A DNA stretch of 64,000 nt from an uncultured Desulfarculus sp. (GTDB lineage Bacteria; Desulfobacterota; Desulfarculia; Desulfarculales; Desulfarculaceae), in assembly GCA_963665125.2 (NCBI GenBank), contig CAXXUK010000002.1, forward strand, positions 672,001 to 736,000. Direction: 5' to 3'. The position numbers were made by a program, and so were the translations under genes. Shown here piece after piece: positions 32,012 through 41,342 of the stretch. The notes under the pieces are model-generated. The model saw only the letters and a program-made list of their open reading frames with translations, made no database searches and was not told where the DNA came from. The first letter of the stretch is position 1. Each line of letters begins with the position of its first letter.

Positions 32012-32872
32012 CATCACCCACCCCAAGTTTTGAATTTAACTGATGCATCTTTTTTGCCGCCTATTAACGTTAAATATATTTATTTACTTTCAGAGAGCGC
32101 CTGCCAATTCTTGGTTATGGTGAGACTAAGCATACAATAATTCAGCCCAAAAAAGTAATTAGCAGGCCAGACCAACTCATGATAACTATTCAATATATCG
32201 AATCTTTTAACTATTCAAAACATAACCAAACAAAATATTAAGATCGCTTAATGCCTAGGTTAAAAGTTTGCGCCATCGCGTTAGTTACCGTTATAGAACC
32301 CAAACTTTCATCCAGTATTTCATCCTATACACAAAATGCACATCTTCTATTCTAGTTTTGCGCCTTCGCACCATATCCAGAGCATCTTGGGAATAGTAAA
32401 ACGCCACACTAGCTACAAATAACTACTAAAAGAAACAAAATAGCATCTTTGTAACATCCCGTTAATACACGACAAAATGTCCATACAAAATGTGCTTATT
32501 AAAAATTTACTTGCTTCATTTCAGTTATACATTAAAGTCTATAAAATATTTATTTAAAGCATTAGGAGGCTTGTATGAACATTAGCCTAAAAAGGTAAGC
32601 CCTGTTCTATCTCGCACGTAGAACAGGGCTTCACTGGCAAGAGGCCAGCTTGAGACTACAAGGATTGCGCACCCTAGTAGCGCCTCAAGCATAGATGAAT
32701 GCTTTGTTTCGGTCAAGGCATTTGACCGTCAAGAGGATTCCTCTGCTCAGATCGCCTCTCACCAGACTTAAACATCCAGACCAGCACTTTATACAACTAC
32801 CTTTGCTCAACTTGACCAAAAGGACACAGGGCTCAAATTCCAGTGCCCTTGATGCCTGGACAGGAGTTGTAA

Positions 32873-33442
32873 ATGTTGTTTAATCCCAATAAATTTCGGT
32901 TTTTAACCATTGCAAACAAAACCTCCCGGCTAAAGAAAAAAGTATTTCATTCGAGCAATTCCGAGTTGCCCGATGGTCTGCTCACCGATTCACTGAATCA
33001 CTTTCGCCGGGCGCACAAGGACTCCTTTCGAGAAATCTACATCTCCAGCCAAGCGGCAGCTCCCCTTTGCCAGGCCAATGTGGAAAGCGCCAAGGCCGTG
33101 ATGCGCTCCCTGATCGAGCAGGCGGCTTACGGCTATCATGCCCAGGCCCAGCGCTTGGGCGACGAGGCGGCCGCCTTGCTGACCCAGGTGGAGCTGACTC
33201 CGGAGCAAGTGGAGGCCCTGCGGGTCGAACGCGAAGTCAGGCCCGAGAACTCGCCCAGTTTGAGCGAGGGTGCTTCGGCAAAAACCATGCCTGAATCTCA
33301 GAGTGCTCCGGCCAAACGACGGGGCAGGCCCCGGAAGCAACTTGCCCAGCCGCCCAAAACAGGCAAGCCCGATGATGACCTGCGCTACGACGAATCTGCA
33401 CCTATTGAGATCGGTCGCAAGAAGTCAGGAGGTACCCGATGA
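32873..33442 (+). CDS. hypothetical protein with AT-hook-like motif
   Basis: SD AGGAG; KRRGRPRK; overlaps the next gene (ATGA). Confidence 0.65.
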   Translation: MLFNPNKFRFLTIANKTSRLKKKVFHSSNSELPDGLLTDSLNHFRRAHKDSFREIYISSQAAAPLCQANVESAKAVMRSLIEQAAYGYHAQAQRLGDEAAALLTQVELTPEQVEALRVEREVRPENSPSLSEGASAKTMPESQSAPAKRRGRPRKQLAQPPKTGKPDDDLRYDESAPIEIGRKKSGGTR

Positions 33443-34434
33443 GCAAGCAGACAAGGATTGAATCTATCCCTCAAAACGGGTTGCATGGCAAATTGAAGTT
33501 GGTCGAGGCCAGGCTTTTACCCGCCCGCCTACGGGTGTTGGTAGCATGCCTGATCCTGGCAGTAACCATCCCCCTGGAGTGGGCATTCGGATTTGATTTT
33601 TTCGCCGAGTTCGGCCGAGATGCCTTGGGAGAAATCGGCGGTTTTGCTCTGACTATCGCGGCGTTCAAAGGGTTTATGCTGCTGAGCGCGGTGGTGGCCC
33701 TCAAGTATGCCTTTCAAGCCCTGAGCGCCAATGCCCGCAAAATTCTCTTCTGGACCGCCGGGGCTCTCACCGTGGCTATGCTGCTGGGCGTTGGAATGGC
33801 CAGAAACGACCTGATGCACATACGGCATTTGGAGTTAAACGGCAGTGGTGAGGTCGCAGTTGACGCCGAATTGGCCGCACTGGGTCTGGAGACGCAGGCG
33901 ACGGAGTCCACTCAGGGCCAAGCTGACACGCTCACTTCAGCAGACTTGCAAAAGGATCTGCTCAGCCACACCGCTTTTCTGGCCGTGGCCTACATCCTCA
34001 TCAGTCTGGGCAGCGCTGCGTGCCTGGTGGAAATCCTCGAGCAATGGCCCAGCCTGAAGATGCTGGCCTTTGTGCGCAGCCGCCTGCAAACACTGGATCG
34101 CATCGCTGTCTTGCAGCGTGCCGCCGCCGAGGCTGCCTTGGCCGCCGAGACCATCGAACGCAACCGTCTGGTCCTTATGCGGGCGGCACAGGACATGATC
34201 ATCCGTGCTCATCTCGACGGCCTGTCCCACGTACCCTGGTGGCGCAATATCTTTGAGCTATACCACATCACCGATAGCGCCAAGTTCAACAAAAAGCAGA
34301 TCTACGGGCTGCACTGGATACGTGCTGTAAACATCGAAGCAGCGGAGAAAAAAGAAGTCGCCTGCCTGGAGGCGATCAAGGCCCTGAAGCTCGTCGAACC
34401 CGAACCCCAGCCCACGGAGGCCGACCATGACTAA
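33439..34434 (+). CDS. polytopic membrane protein with helical C-terminus
   Basis: about four hydrophobic segments; operonic overlaps on both sides. Confidence 0.75.
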   Translation: MSKQTRIESIPQNGLHGKLKLVEARLLPARLRVLVACLILAVTIPLEWAFGFDFFAEFGRDALGEIGGFALTIAAFKGFMLLSAVVALKYAFQALSANARKILFWTAGALTVAMLLGVGMARNDLMHIRHLELNGSGEVAVDAELAALGLETQATESTQGQADTLTSADLQKDLLSHTAFLAVAYILISLGSAACLVEILEQWPSLKMLAFVRSRLQTLDRIAVLQRAAAEAALAAETIERNRLVLMRAAQDMIIRAHLDGLSHVPWWRNIFELYHITDSAKFNKKQIYGLHWIRAVNIEAAEKKEVACLEAIKALKLVEPEPQPTEADHD

Positions 34435-35095
34435 GAAAACAATACTTGTCCTGCTGATGACCCTGTGCCTGGCCGAGCCCGTGGCCGCCCAATGCAAAAC
34501 CGTGGTTGTATTGCTCGATCTCAGCAGCAGCGCCGCCCAAATCACCAGTACCTCTTTCGCTGCCAAGACCGGGGCATACGTGGCCCACGAAGTATCCCAC
34601 TTGCCCTTGGGCTCCAAGGTGAGCTTGAGAACCTTTGGCTTGGCCGACGCCACGGTCAACAGCCTAGCCCTTGATTACACCCTGACCCAACGACGTGGTC
34701 AGAAGCCCCGCGAGGTGGCTTTAAAGCTGGCCAAAGTTTTAGCTGCCGTCCCCAAGTTGGCCGTCAGCGGCAAACTCAAGGTGCAGAAACAGAGCCAAGT
34801 TATCCGTGCCTTGCATGACCTTTCAAACTTGGTCAAGAATCGAAACTCCCGGCTGATCATCATCAGCGACATGCTGGAATACAGCCCCGACGCCAATGGC
34901 TACCGCTTGGCCGCTTACAACTCCGGCCAATTACCCACACCGCCCGCCGGGCTCTTGGCCGGTGCCCGAGTCTCCGCCATCGGTTGTGGCTATGGCCTCA
35001 AAACAACTCATGAGAGCCTTCGTTTGCAGGAGCTATGGTCCCGCTGGTTTGAACAGGCCGGTGCGGCTGAGTTCGTGGCCATCCCCATGCTGTAA
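34427..35095 (+). CDS. exported vWA-like domain protein
   Basis: signal peptide; VVLLDLSSS (DxSxS MIDAS) and LIIISDMLE. Confidence 0.7.
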   Translation: MTKKTILVLLMTLCLAEPVAAQCKTVVVLLDLSSSAAQITSTSFAAKTGAYVAHEVSHLPLGSKVSLRTFGLADATVNSLALDYTLTQRRGQKPREVALKLAKVLAAVPKLAVSGKLKVQKQSQVIRALHDLSNLVKNRNSRLIIISDMLEYSPDANGYRLAAYNSGQLPTPPAGLLAGARVSAIGCGYGLKTTHESLRLQELWSRWFEQAGAAEFVAIPML

Positions 35096-35105
35096 GGAGA
35101 CGGAC

Positions 35106-35432
35106 ATGGGAATGAAGAACTTCATGCGCCGCCTGGCCAGCGGCGTCAAGAAAACAGAGCAGGCTACCGAGGAGCAGCGCGAAAAGCTGCGCAAAATCGG
35201 CATCAAACCGGCCATGGGCCTGAAGATCAAGGATGCCAACGAGCTGATTCAGAGCCACCACAAGGCCAAGCAGGCCGAGTTGGCCACCGAAATCCTGAAA
35301 TTGGATTTGCGCGACAAAGAGCATAAGGAACGCCTGCGCGAGGAACGTATTGCCAAGCTGGACCAAGACCGCAAGGAGCGGGAGGCCAAACAAGAACTGG
35401 CCAGAAACAACGGACCGGAACTGGAGCGATGA
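35106..35432 (+). CDS. charged coiled-coil protein
   Basis: SD AAGGAG then ATG; K/E/R-rich. Confidence 0.65.
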   Translation: MGMKNFMRRLASGVKKTEQATEEQREKLRKIGIKPAMGLKIKDANELIQSHHKAKQAELATEILKLDLRDKEHKERLREERIAKLDQDRKEREAKQELARNNGPELER

Positions 35433-35710
35433 GCATGACAGATTTTATGAGCAAGATGTATCGAGGACTCTACCGCGTGGGCCTGTGGCTGCTGGCCCAC
35501 CGCAAGCTGGCCGCACCCGTGGGGCTTGGCCTGCTGATCTGGCTGGCCGTGCAGACCGGTTGGTTTGCCCGGCTTACCAACACCGTGGCCGCTGGAGCCA
35601 TCAGCGTGCTGGACAGCCTCATGGCCGCCTTGGTCAGCGTGGCCGGGCCGCTCATCGCCTTGTGGCTGATCTGGGCGGCTGTCAAACGCATCTTCGGCGG
35701 AAAATTATAA
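35429..35710 (+). CDS. small two-TM membrane protein
   Basis: ATGA overlap; two hydrophobic helices. Confidence 0.65.
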   Translation: MSMTDFMSKMYRGLYRVGLWLLAHRKLAAPVGLGLLIWLAVQTGWFARLTNTVAAGAISVLDSLMAALVSVAGPLIALWLIWAAVKRIFGGKL

Positions 35711-35746
35711 GGATTTGCTATAATTGGCGGGCCATTAACCCGCCCA

Positions 35747-37192
35747 ATGATCCGCCGATTTTTCCACGAGCTACTAGGCCGAAACGACCCGGCCAAGAGG
35801 AGCAGCATGGCCCGCGCCAGATTCATGAGCAAATGGGATATTCCCCAAATCCTCAATAAGATTGAGGGTGGCATGCGCTTCGCCCCCGGCCGTTTTCTGA
35901 ACGTGGCCAACTCGTGCAAGAACGCAGTCATCGTGGGCACGGTGGGCTCGGGAAAATCCAGCACCCAGATCATCCCCAACCTGCTGGAGGTGGACGCCAA
36001 CTTCGTGGTCACCGACCTGGCCGGAGAGCTGTTCATGAAGACCAGCGGGTGGCTGGAATCCCAAGGCTACACCGTCTACAAGCTGGACTTCGAGAATCCG
36101 CAGAACTCGCACGGTTTCAACCCCCTGCTGCGCAACCGTGGCGATCATAACGCCCTGCAACGCATGGCCGCCAGCATCGTGGACCACGCATACCCCAAGG
36201 AGCAGAGCTTTTGGACCTCGGACGCCAAGGCCCTGATCAATATTGTCTTCCGTGCCCTTACCAACTACATGGTCGAAGAACTCAACGAAGAGGGCGAGGT
36301 GGTCGAGGTCATTGCCAGAGACTATGTCAATTTTTCAAACGCCGAATACCTGTGCAATGGCGTGGGCCGCAAGATCATCGATGACTTCATCGCAGAACAC
36401 CTGGACGACGACCAGCTTTTCGCCAAGTATCGGGCCATCTGCAACTACGGCGATAATCAGCGCAGTGGTGTCACGGCGACAGCGTCGGCCGCGCTGGCTC
36501 CGTTCAATGATCCGGCCACGGCCCGCATCACTTGCCACGACGATCTTGATTTGGGCAAATTCGACCAGGGCAAGGCCGTGCTCTACATCTGCGTGCCGGA
36601 AAACAAGCAGGCTTATTACTCGCTGATTATTAGCCTCACCGCCGAGGCCATATTCGACGCGCTCATGGCTCGGCCCGTGGAAGGCTCCGACGCTTACAAA
36701 AGGCTCCGTTTCACCTTGCTGGCGCTGGACGAATTCGGCCAACTATATCTGCCGACCTTCCCCACGGTATGCACGACCCTGCGCAAGCGCAAATGCGGCA
36801 TCATGATCGCTTTGCAGGACTTTGGCCAGCTCACCGACAAATACGGCCAGGCAGCCGCCCGGACCATGCTTTCGGGCGGCCTGGTCAGCAAGCTTGTCCT
36901 GCCGGGCCTGGGCGTGGAGACCTGTGAGGCCGTCAGCCGCTCCCTGGGCCAAGCCACGGTCAACGACAAGAAGACAGGCCGGAGCGTAAGCGAGCCGCTG
37001 ATGCACCCCGATGAAATCAGGATGCTTGAACAAAACCAGGCAGTGCTCATCCACGGCAACAAACTGCCGATCCAGCTTGAAAACGTCCTGCCGTATTTTC
37101 AGGAAAACAAGCTCAAGAAACGCTCGGAGATGTCCCCGGCCACGATCAAGGCCGAGGAGCACGAGCCGAAATTGCTGAAGTTGGGGCCGTAG
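35747..37192 (+). CDS. type IV coupling protein (VirD4/TraG-like ATPase) lacking N-terminal TM helices
   Basis: GTVGSGKS Walker A, VVTDLAGEL, FNPL, LALDEFGQL, IALQDFGQL..KYG, LMHPDEIR. Confidence 0.9.
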   Translation: MIRRFFHELLGRNDPAKRSSMARARFMSKWDIPQILNKIEGGMRFAPGRFLNVANSCKNAVIVGTVGSGKSSTQIIPNLLEVDANFVVTDLAGELFMKTSGWLESQGYTVYKLDFENPQNSHGFNPLLRNRGDHNALQRMAASIVDHAYPKEQSFWTSDAKALINIVFRALTNYMVEELNEEGEVVEVIARDYVNFSNAEYLCNGVGRKIIDDFIAEHLDDDQLFAKYRAICNYGDNQRSGVTATASAALAPFNDPATARITCHDDLDLGKFDQGKAVLYICVPENKQAYYSLIISLTAEAIFDALMARPVEGSDAYKRLRFTLLALDEFGQLYLPTFPTVCTTLRKRKCGIMIALQDFGQLTDKYGQAAARTMLSGGLVSKLVLPGLGVETCEAVSRSLGQATVNDKKTGRSVSEPLMHPDEIRMLEQNQAVLIHGNKLPIQLENVLPYFQENKLKKRSEMSPATIKAEEHEPKLLKLGP

Positions 37193-37193
37193 C

Positions 37194-37535
37194 TTGCCAA
37201 ATTCTGCCCAGCCTGAAATACTGACCCCTGAGGAGGCAGCCGAATTCCTGAAAGTCAGCCTTTCGTGGCTGTACAAGAACTGGAAGGAAGTCGGCGGTAG
37301 GAAGCTCAAAGGGGTCCTGCGATTCCCGAATAGGGAGGACCTTTATGAGCATTTATTCGCAGGGTCAGGGATGGAGGTACGACTTCACCCTGGCCGGGCA
37401 GAGATTCACGAGCAAAAACTACAAAACCAAGGCCGAGGCCAGGCAGGCCGAAGCACTAAAAAGAGAGGAGTTGAAAAATCCGCTCCAACTGGAGCAGACC
37501 CCGACCGACACGGTCTTCTTGGAGCTGGTCAATAG
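37194..37535 (+). CDS. excisionase-like HTH protein
   Basis: ILTPEEAAEFLKVSLSWLY...LRF; overlaps the integrase 5' end. Confidence 0.7.
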   Translation: MPNSAQPEILTPEEAAEFLKVSLSWLYKNWKEVGGRKLKGVLRFPNREDLYEHLFAGSGMEVRLHPGRAEIHEQKLQNQGRGQAGRSTKKRGVEKSAPTGADPDRHGLLGAGQ

Positions 37536-38463
37536 ACGGCTGGATCACGTGAAGGCCTATAACTCGGAGCGGCATTATAACGAATACGTTTACGCCGCCC
37601 GTCGTTGGGTCCGACGCTGGGGCAAACTGCAATGCAGTCGAATCACGCCCGACATGATTGAGGCGTTTGTCTTGCAGCGCAACAAGGTGTCGGCCTTTAC
37701 GGCCAACAAGGAAATCCGCTATCTGCGGGCCACCTTCCGCTTCGGCATCAAGAAGCACCTGGTGGCCGAAGACCCCACGCGGGAGCTGGAGTTCCTGCCG
37801 GTGGAGAAGCGCATCAAGTATGTGCCACCCCTGGAAGACATCGAAAAGGTCATGGCCGTGGCCAATGATGACACGCGGGACTACCTGCAAGCCATCCGCG
37901 ACACCATGGCCCGCGTCAGCGAGATCAACGCCCTGCGTTGGGATGATATCGACTGGCAAACCCGTACGGTGGTGCTCTATACCCGCAAGAAAAAGGGCGG
38001 GCACCTGACGCCTAGAGTGGTGCCGTTGACCGAAAGGCTGCACGCGATCTTCGCACGCCGCTTTCAGCATAGAGAAAATGGTCTCCAGTGGGTGTTCTGG
38101 CATTGCTACTGGAGCAGAAAGGCAGGACGCTGGGTGAAAGGCCCATTCCAGAGCAGGCATAATCTTATGAGCGGCCTTTGTAAAAAGGCCGGGGTGCGCC
38201 ATTTCGGGTTTCACGCCCTGCGTCACGCCGGTGCCTCGCTGATGGACCGCGAAGGAGTGCCTATTGGGGTGATCCAGCGCATTCTGGGACACGAGAATCG
38301 CACCACCACCGAGATATATCTGCACTCCAACGGAGAGCAGGAAAAAGCGGCAATGCGGGTGTTTGAAAAGGCTGTCGGCGGGGTGGAGTGTGGGGATTCC
38401 GGAAAAAATCCACACATAAATCCACACATAGAAACAAAAAGGAGGTTACGCCTGGTGACGTAA
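37345..38463 (+). CDS. tyrosine integrase of left element (B)
   Basis: arm-binding N-terminus, MARVSEI, FHALRH, LGH, TTEIY; ends inside the att repeat. Confidence 0.95.
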   Translation: MSIYSQGQGWRYDFTLAGQRFTSKNYKTKAEARQAEALKREELKNPLQLEQTPTDTVFLELVNRRLDHVKAYNSERHYNEYVYAARRWVRRWGKLQCSRITPDMIEAFVLQRNKVSAFTANKEIRYLRATFRFGIKKHLVAEDPTRELEFLPVEKRIKYVPPLEDIEKVMAVANDDTRDYLQAIRDTMARVSEINALRWDDIDWQTRTVVLYTRKKKGGHLTPRVVPLTERLHAIFARRFQHRENGLQWVFWHCYWSRKAGRWVKGPFQSRHNLMSGLCKKAGVRHFGFHALRHAGASLMDREGVPIGVIQRILGHENRTTTEIYLHSNGEQEKAAMRVFEKAVGGVECGDSGKNPHINPHIETKRRLRLVT

Positions 38464-38522
38464 CCTCCTGATTTTATTGGTGCGCCCGGCCTGATTCGAA
38501 CAGGCGGCCTACGGATTCGTAG
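38435..38522 (-). repeat. att site: 88-bp direct repeat of the tRNA-Arg(ACG) 3' 45 nt plus downstream hairpin
   Basis: identical to 63710-63797; tandem arm-like repeats aatccacacata x2 on the left and aaagtcccagcc x2 on the right. Confidence 0.95.
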
Positions 38523-38713
38523 AATGGTCCTCCTGACTTCCTAACCTCCTCAATTAACAGGAAGTTGTTGTTTTAATTATCTTATTTGTTTTCTGGTTTT
38601 TGCTTACTTTTTCCGATTTTGGCAATGTCTTGACAAAAAGTCCCAGCCAAAGTCCCAGCCAAATTTGTATAGTGTGTCTTTTTCGAAGCGGACTGAATGA
38701 AGCTGGGCATTCT

Positions 38714-39004
38714 TCAAAGCGGCACCGCTTCACTCAGGACTTGGTCTCGAATGGACCTGTGAATCGTGTCTGGCTCGGCAATGTCAACCCGGCGGCCGAG
38801 CATGTCCTCCAAATCAGCGATAAGTCCCCCTGGAAACCAAGGGCTCTTGATTTCGCCAACCTCAACCAACAGGTCCAAGTCGCTGCTTTTGTCAACTTGG
38901 CCTCTTGCGGCGGAACCAAACACCTTTACGCTGGTTACGCCGTGCTGTTTGGCAATTGCCAGAATTTTGTCTCTGTTTTTCAGTAGGTGTTCAGCTAGCG
39001 GCAT
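38714..39004 (-). CDS. MNT nucleotidyltransferase (no downstream HEPN partner seen)
   Basis: VFGSAARG....SDLDLLVE. Confidence 0.88.
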   Translation of the reverse strand: MPLAEHLLKNRDKILAIAKQHGVTSVKVFGSAARGQVDKSSDLDLLVEVGEIKSPWFPGGLIADLEDMLGRRVDIAEPDTIHRSIRDQVLSEAVPL

Positions 39005-39298
39005 GATTGCCTCCAGAAACGGATAAAGCGGTCACCAGGAAATAATTTGTATCTATCTCCCAATTTGTGAATGTACCACATTTATGACATCGATGGTTAA
39101 AGAGCCGGGGAAGCCGCACAATCCTAAATCTTGGCTCCATGCCATACAGCACGGCCCGCCTGCGGAGTCATTTAGCAATCCTGCTAATCAATGAGCTTGC
39201 TTGGGCAGTGTCCATTAAAGCAGATTTGATAGAATTAGGGATAAATACGATTTGCCGATATGTTTTATGAGGGCTGGCTCATGCAGGCTTTTCAGGCT

Positions 39299-39649
39299 TT
39301 ATTTTTGTTGGTCAGCGTGAAGGATTTTTTCCAGCAATGGAGCAAGAGGCGGCAAGTCGTTGACGATCGTTTCCCAAACGGTGCTCATTTCAACCCCCCA
39401 GTACTCATGGACCGCAAAATTCCGCATGTCTGCCATTAACCGCCAAGGAATTGCTTGGTTGGCTTCCTTGATCTCTTCAGGTATGCGGCCAGCTGCTTCG
39501 CCAATTATTATCAAGTTCCGGATAACTGCATCAATTGTCTTGGGGTCTTGAGCAAAGTCGTCAAAGCTCATTCCGGATATATATGATTCTATTTTTTTTA
39601 TTGAATCATTGATGTCGATGACTCTGTGACGCCATTTTCTAGGCGACAT
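39299..39649 (-). CDS. HEPN/DUF86 toxin
   Basis: DAVIRNLIIIGEAA, WRLMADMRNFAVHEYW (Rx4H). Confidence 0.9.
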   Translation of the reverse strand: MSPRKWRHRVIDINDSIKKIESYISGMSFDDFAQDPKTIDAVIRNLIIIGEAAGRIPEEIKEANQAIPWRLMADMRNFAVHEYWGVEMSTVWETIVNDLPPLAPLLEKILHADQQK

Positions 39650-39932
39650 GTTGAGCCTCGGCAAGAATGTCGTCCTTTAACTCAGGATGCAGCGCTCCGA
39701 CCTGAACAAGGTCTACCTTGTCCACACCAAGTATCTCCTCTAACCGGTGTTGCAGGCTGAAGAATTCAAACAAGCCGACCGTGCGGTTGAACTCAACAAG
39801 TAAATCGACATCGCTGTCACGCCTCGCATCACCCCTGACGGTTGACCCGAAAAGGGAAAGCCTGCTAACTCCATATTTTTTCAATTCGCCCATATGACGA
39901 CGCAATGTGGCGATTGCTTGACTGCGTTTCAT
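39639..39932 (-). CDS. MNT nucleotidyltransferase antitoxin
   Basis: LFGSTVRGDARRDSDVDLLVEF. Confidence 0.9.
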   Translation of the reverse strand: MKRSQAIATLRRHMGELKKYGVSRLSLFGSTVRGDARRDSDVDLLVEFNRTVGLFEFFSLQHRLEEILGVDKVDLVQVGALHPELKDDILAEAQHVA

Positions 39933-40121
39933 TAATCTCCATCTCCATTGGTATGAATATACCATTTTTCAAACCGATGTAATAAAGAGTCGGCAAAGTT
40001 ACCCTGTATGGCAAGGGTGTCTCCTTGCAATCCAGCCTGGCTATTCTGAGACGCTGTCAACCACCTATGTGTAATATTTTGCATATGATCGCGCGTTTAT
40101 CGAAGTTCAACAAAACCCATT

Positions 40122-41342
40122 CTATCGGGCATCCTCCGGCTCAGCCTCACACAACCTGGCCAACACGTCCTTGATGAGCAGGGCGCTTTTATAAAAAACA
40201 GTCTCTTCCGGCAGGCCGCTGATGCGCTTGGCCCCGGCTTCCCCCACCGCCAGCAGTATGTTGTGCTCGCGGAATTCCCTCAAGGTTTGCACCTTTTCCC
40301 GGAGGTACTCTTCGGTCCAAAATCCGACCACCTCCATGATCACTCGGCGGCCGTCTTCATGATCAAAAACAAAATCCGGCACAAAAACCTTCTGGCCCTT
40401 ATGAAGCACTTCGCCTTCGCTGATCAGGCGCCAGCCTTCTCGTGGTTGTTCGCCCCATTTGTGGGCAAAGGCCTCCTCCACGCCCGAGTCAAACTCATCC
40501 GGTGACGAGAGATGGCTCCGGAGGCCGTCCGCAGGTGACAACTCAAGAGACACCTCAAAGCCCCGGCGCGGCGTCTGCACGCGGGCTTTCATGCGCCAAC
40601 CCTGGCAAGCGAGGAGCTTGGGTATCAACCTGGCCATGAACACGCCGTATCGCCTGGTCCGGCGGAGCACCGAGGCCGGTCCATCCAATTGGATTTCATA
40701 AAAACCGGGCTTGATCTGCCGTATTCGGTGAAGGAGTCCGGCCAGCTTGGCATGACGAAGGATGGTCTTGAAATCCTGCTCGGCCCAGATCACCATCTCG
40801 GTAGCCAAGTAGAGGGCCACCTGGACCTGGGCCACGTTGTAGCGGGAGAGCAAGGCAGCGGCATCCGGATACCCGCTGAAATCGTCCAGTCGATGAAACT
40901 CCATCACATCAGCGAACAGGTTGTCCTCTATCTCGGCCCAAGTGATCCCCAGCTCATCCGCTATCCGCTGCTTGGTTTCCTGTTCCGTGTGATCAAAAAG
41001 CCGGTCCGCTTCATGCACCAGGGGATGGCTCGGCGCCGCCAGACGGAAGACCTTTCTACGCAATCTGGCTGCATTTCCTTTGGGATCTCCGGCATAGGTG
41101 CTTACATCATCCAACAGCTTGCAAAAAGCCCTGATGCGGCGGGTTGGGCAATCGTCTTCCTCGGCGAAGATGGCTGCCACCTGGCGATGCAGTTCCCGGC
41201 GGGTCTTCCCCCGTCCGTGCCGGTACACCTCAAGCATGGCCTGGGCATGATCCAAATAATGACCATGCCGCCCTATGGTCAGCCTATCGGGTATGATGCG
41301 GCCGTCCCTATATTCGGCGATGCCGTGTTCCCTGGTAAGCAT
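40122..41342 (-). CDS. DUF790 / Bax1-like endonuclease
   Basis: RYNVAQVQ, LDGPAS....RRYG, FDSGVEEAF, VPDF...EVVGFWTEEYL. Confidence 0.85.
   Translation of the reverse strand: MLTREHGIAEYRDGRIIPDRLTIGRHGHYLDHAQAMLEVYRHGRGKTRRELHRQVAAIFAEEDDCPTRRIRAFCKLLDDVSTYAGDPKGNAARLRRKVFRLAAPSHPLVHEADRLFDHTEQETKQRIADELGITWAEIEDNLFADVMEFHRLDDFSGYPDAAALLSRYNVAQVQVALYLATEMVIWAEQDFKTILRHAKLAGLLHRIRQIKPGFYEIQLDGPASVLRRTRRYGVFMARLIPKLLACQGWRMKARVQTPRRGFEVSLELSPADGLRSHLSSPDEFDSGVEEAFAHKWGEQPREGWRLISEGEVLHKGQKVFVPDFVFDHEDGRRVIMEVVGFWTEEYLREKVQTLREFREHNILLAVGEAGAKRISGLPEETVFYKSALLIKDVLARLCEAEPEDAR

Noticed and set aside
32012..32560. Gene in the AT-rich stretch after IS481
   Set aside because: No ORF of 60 aa or more and no recognisable motif; probably decayed DNA.
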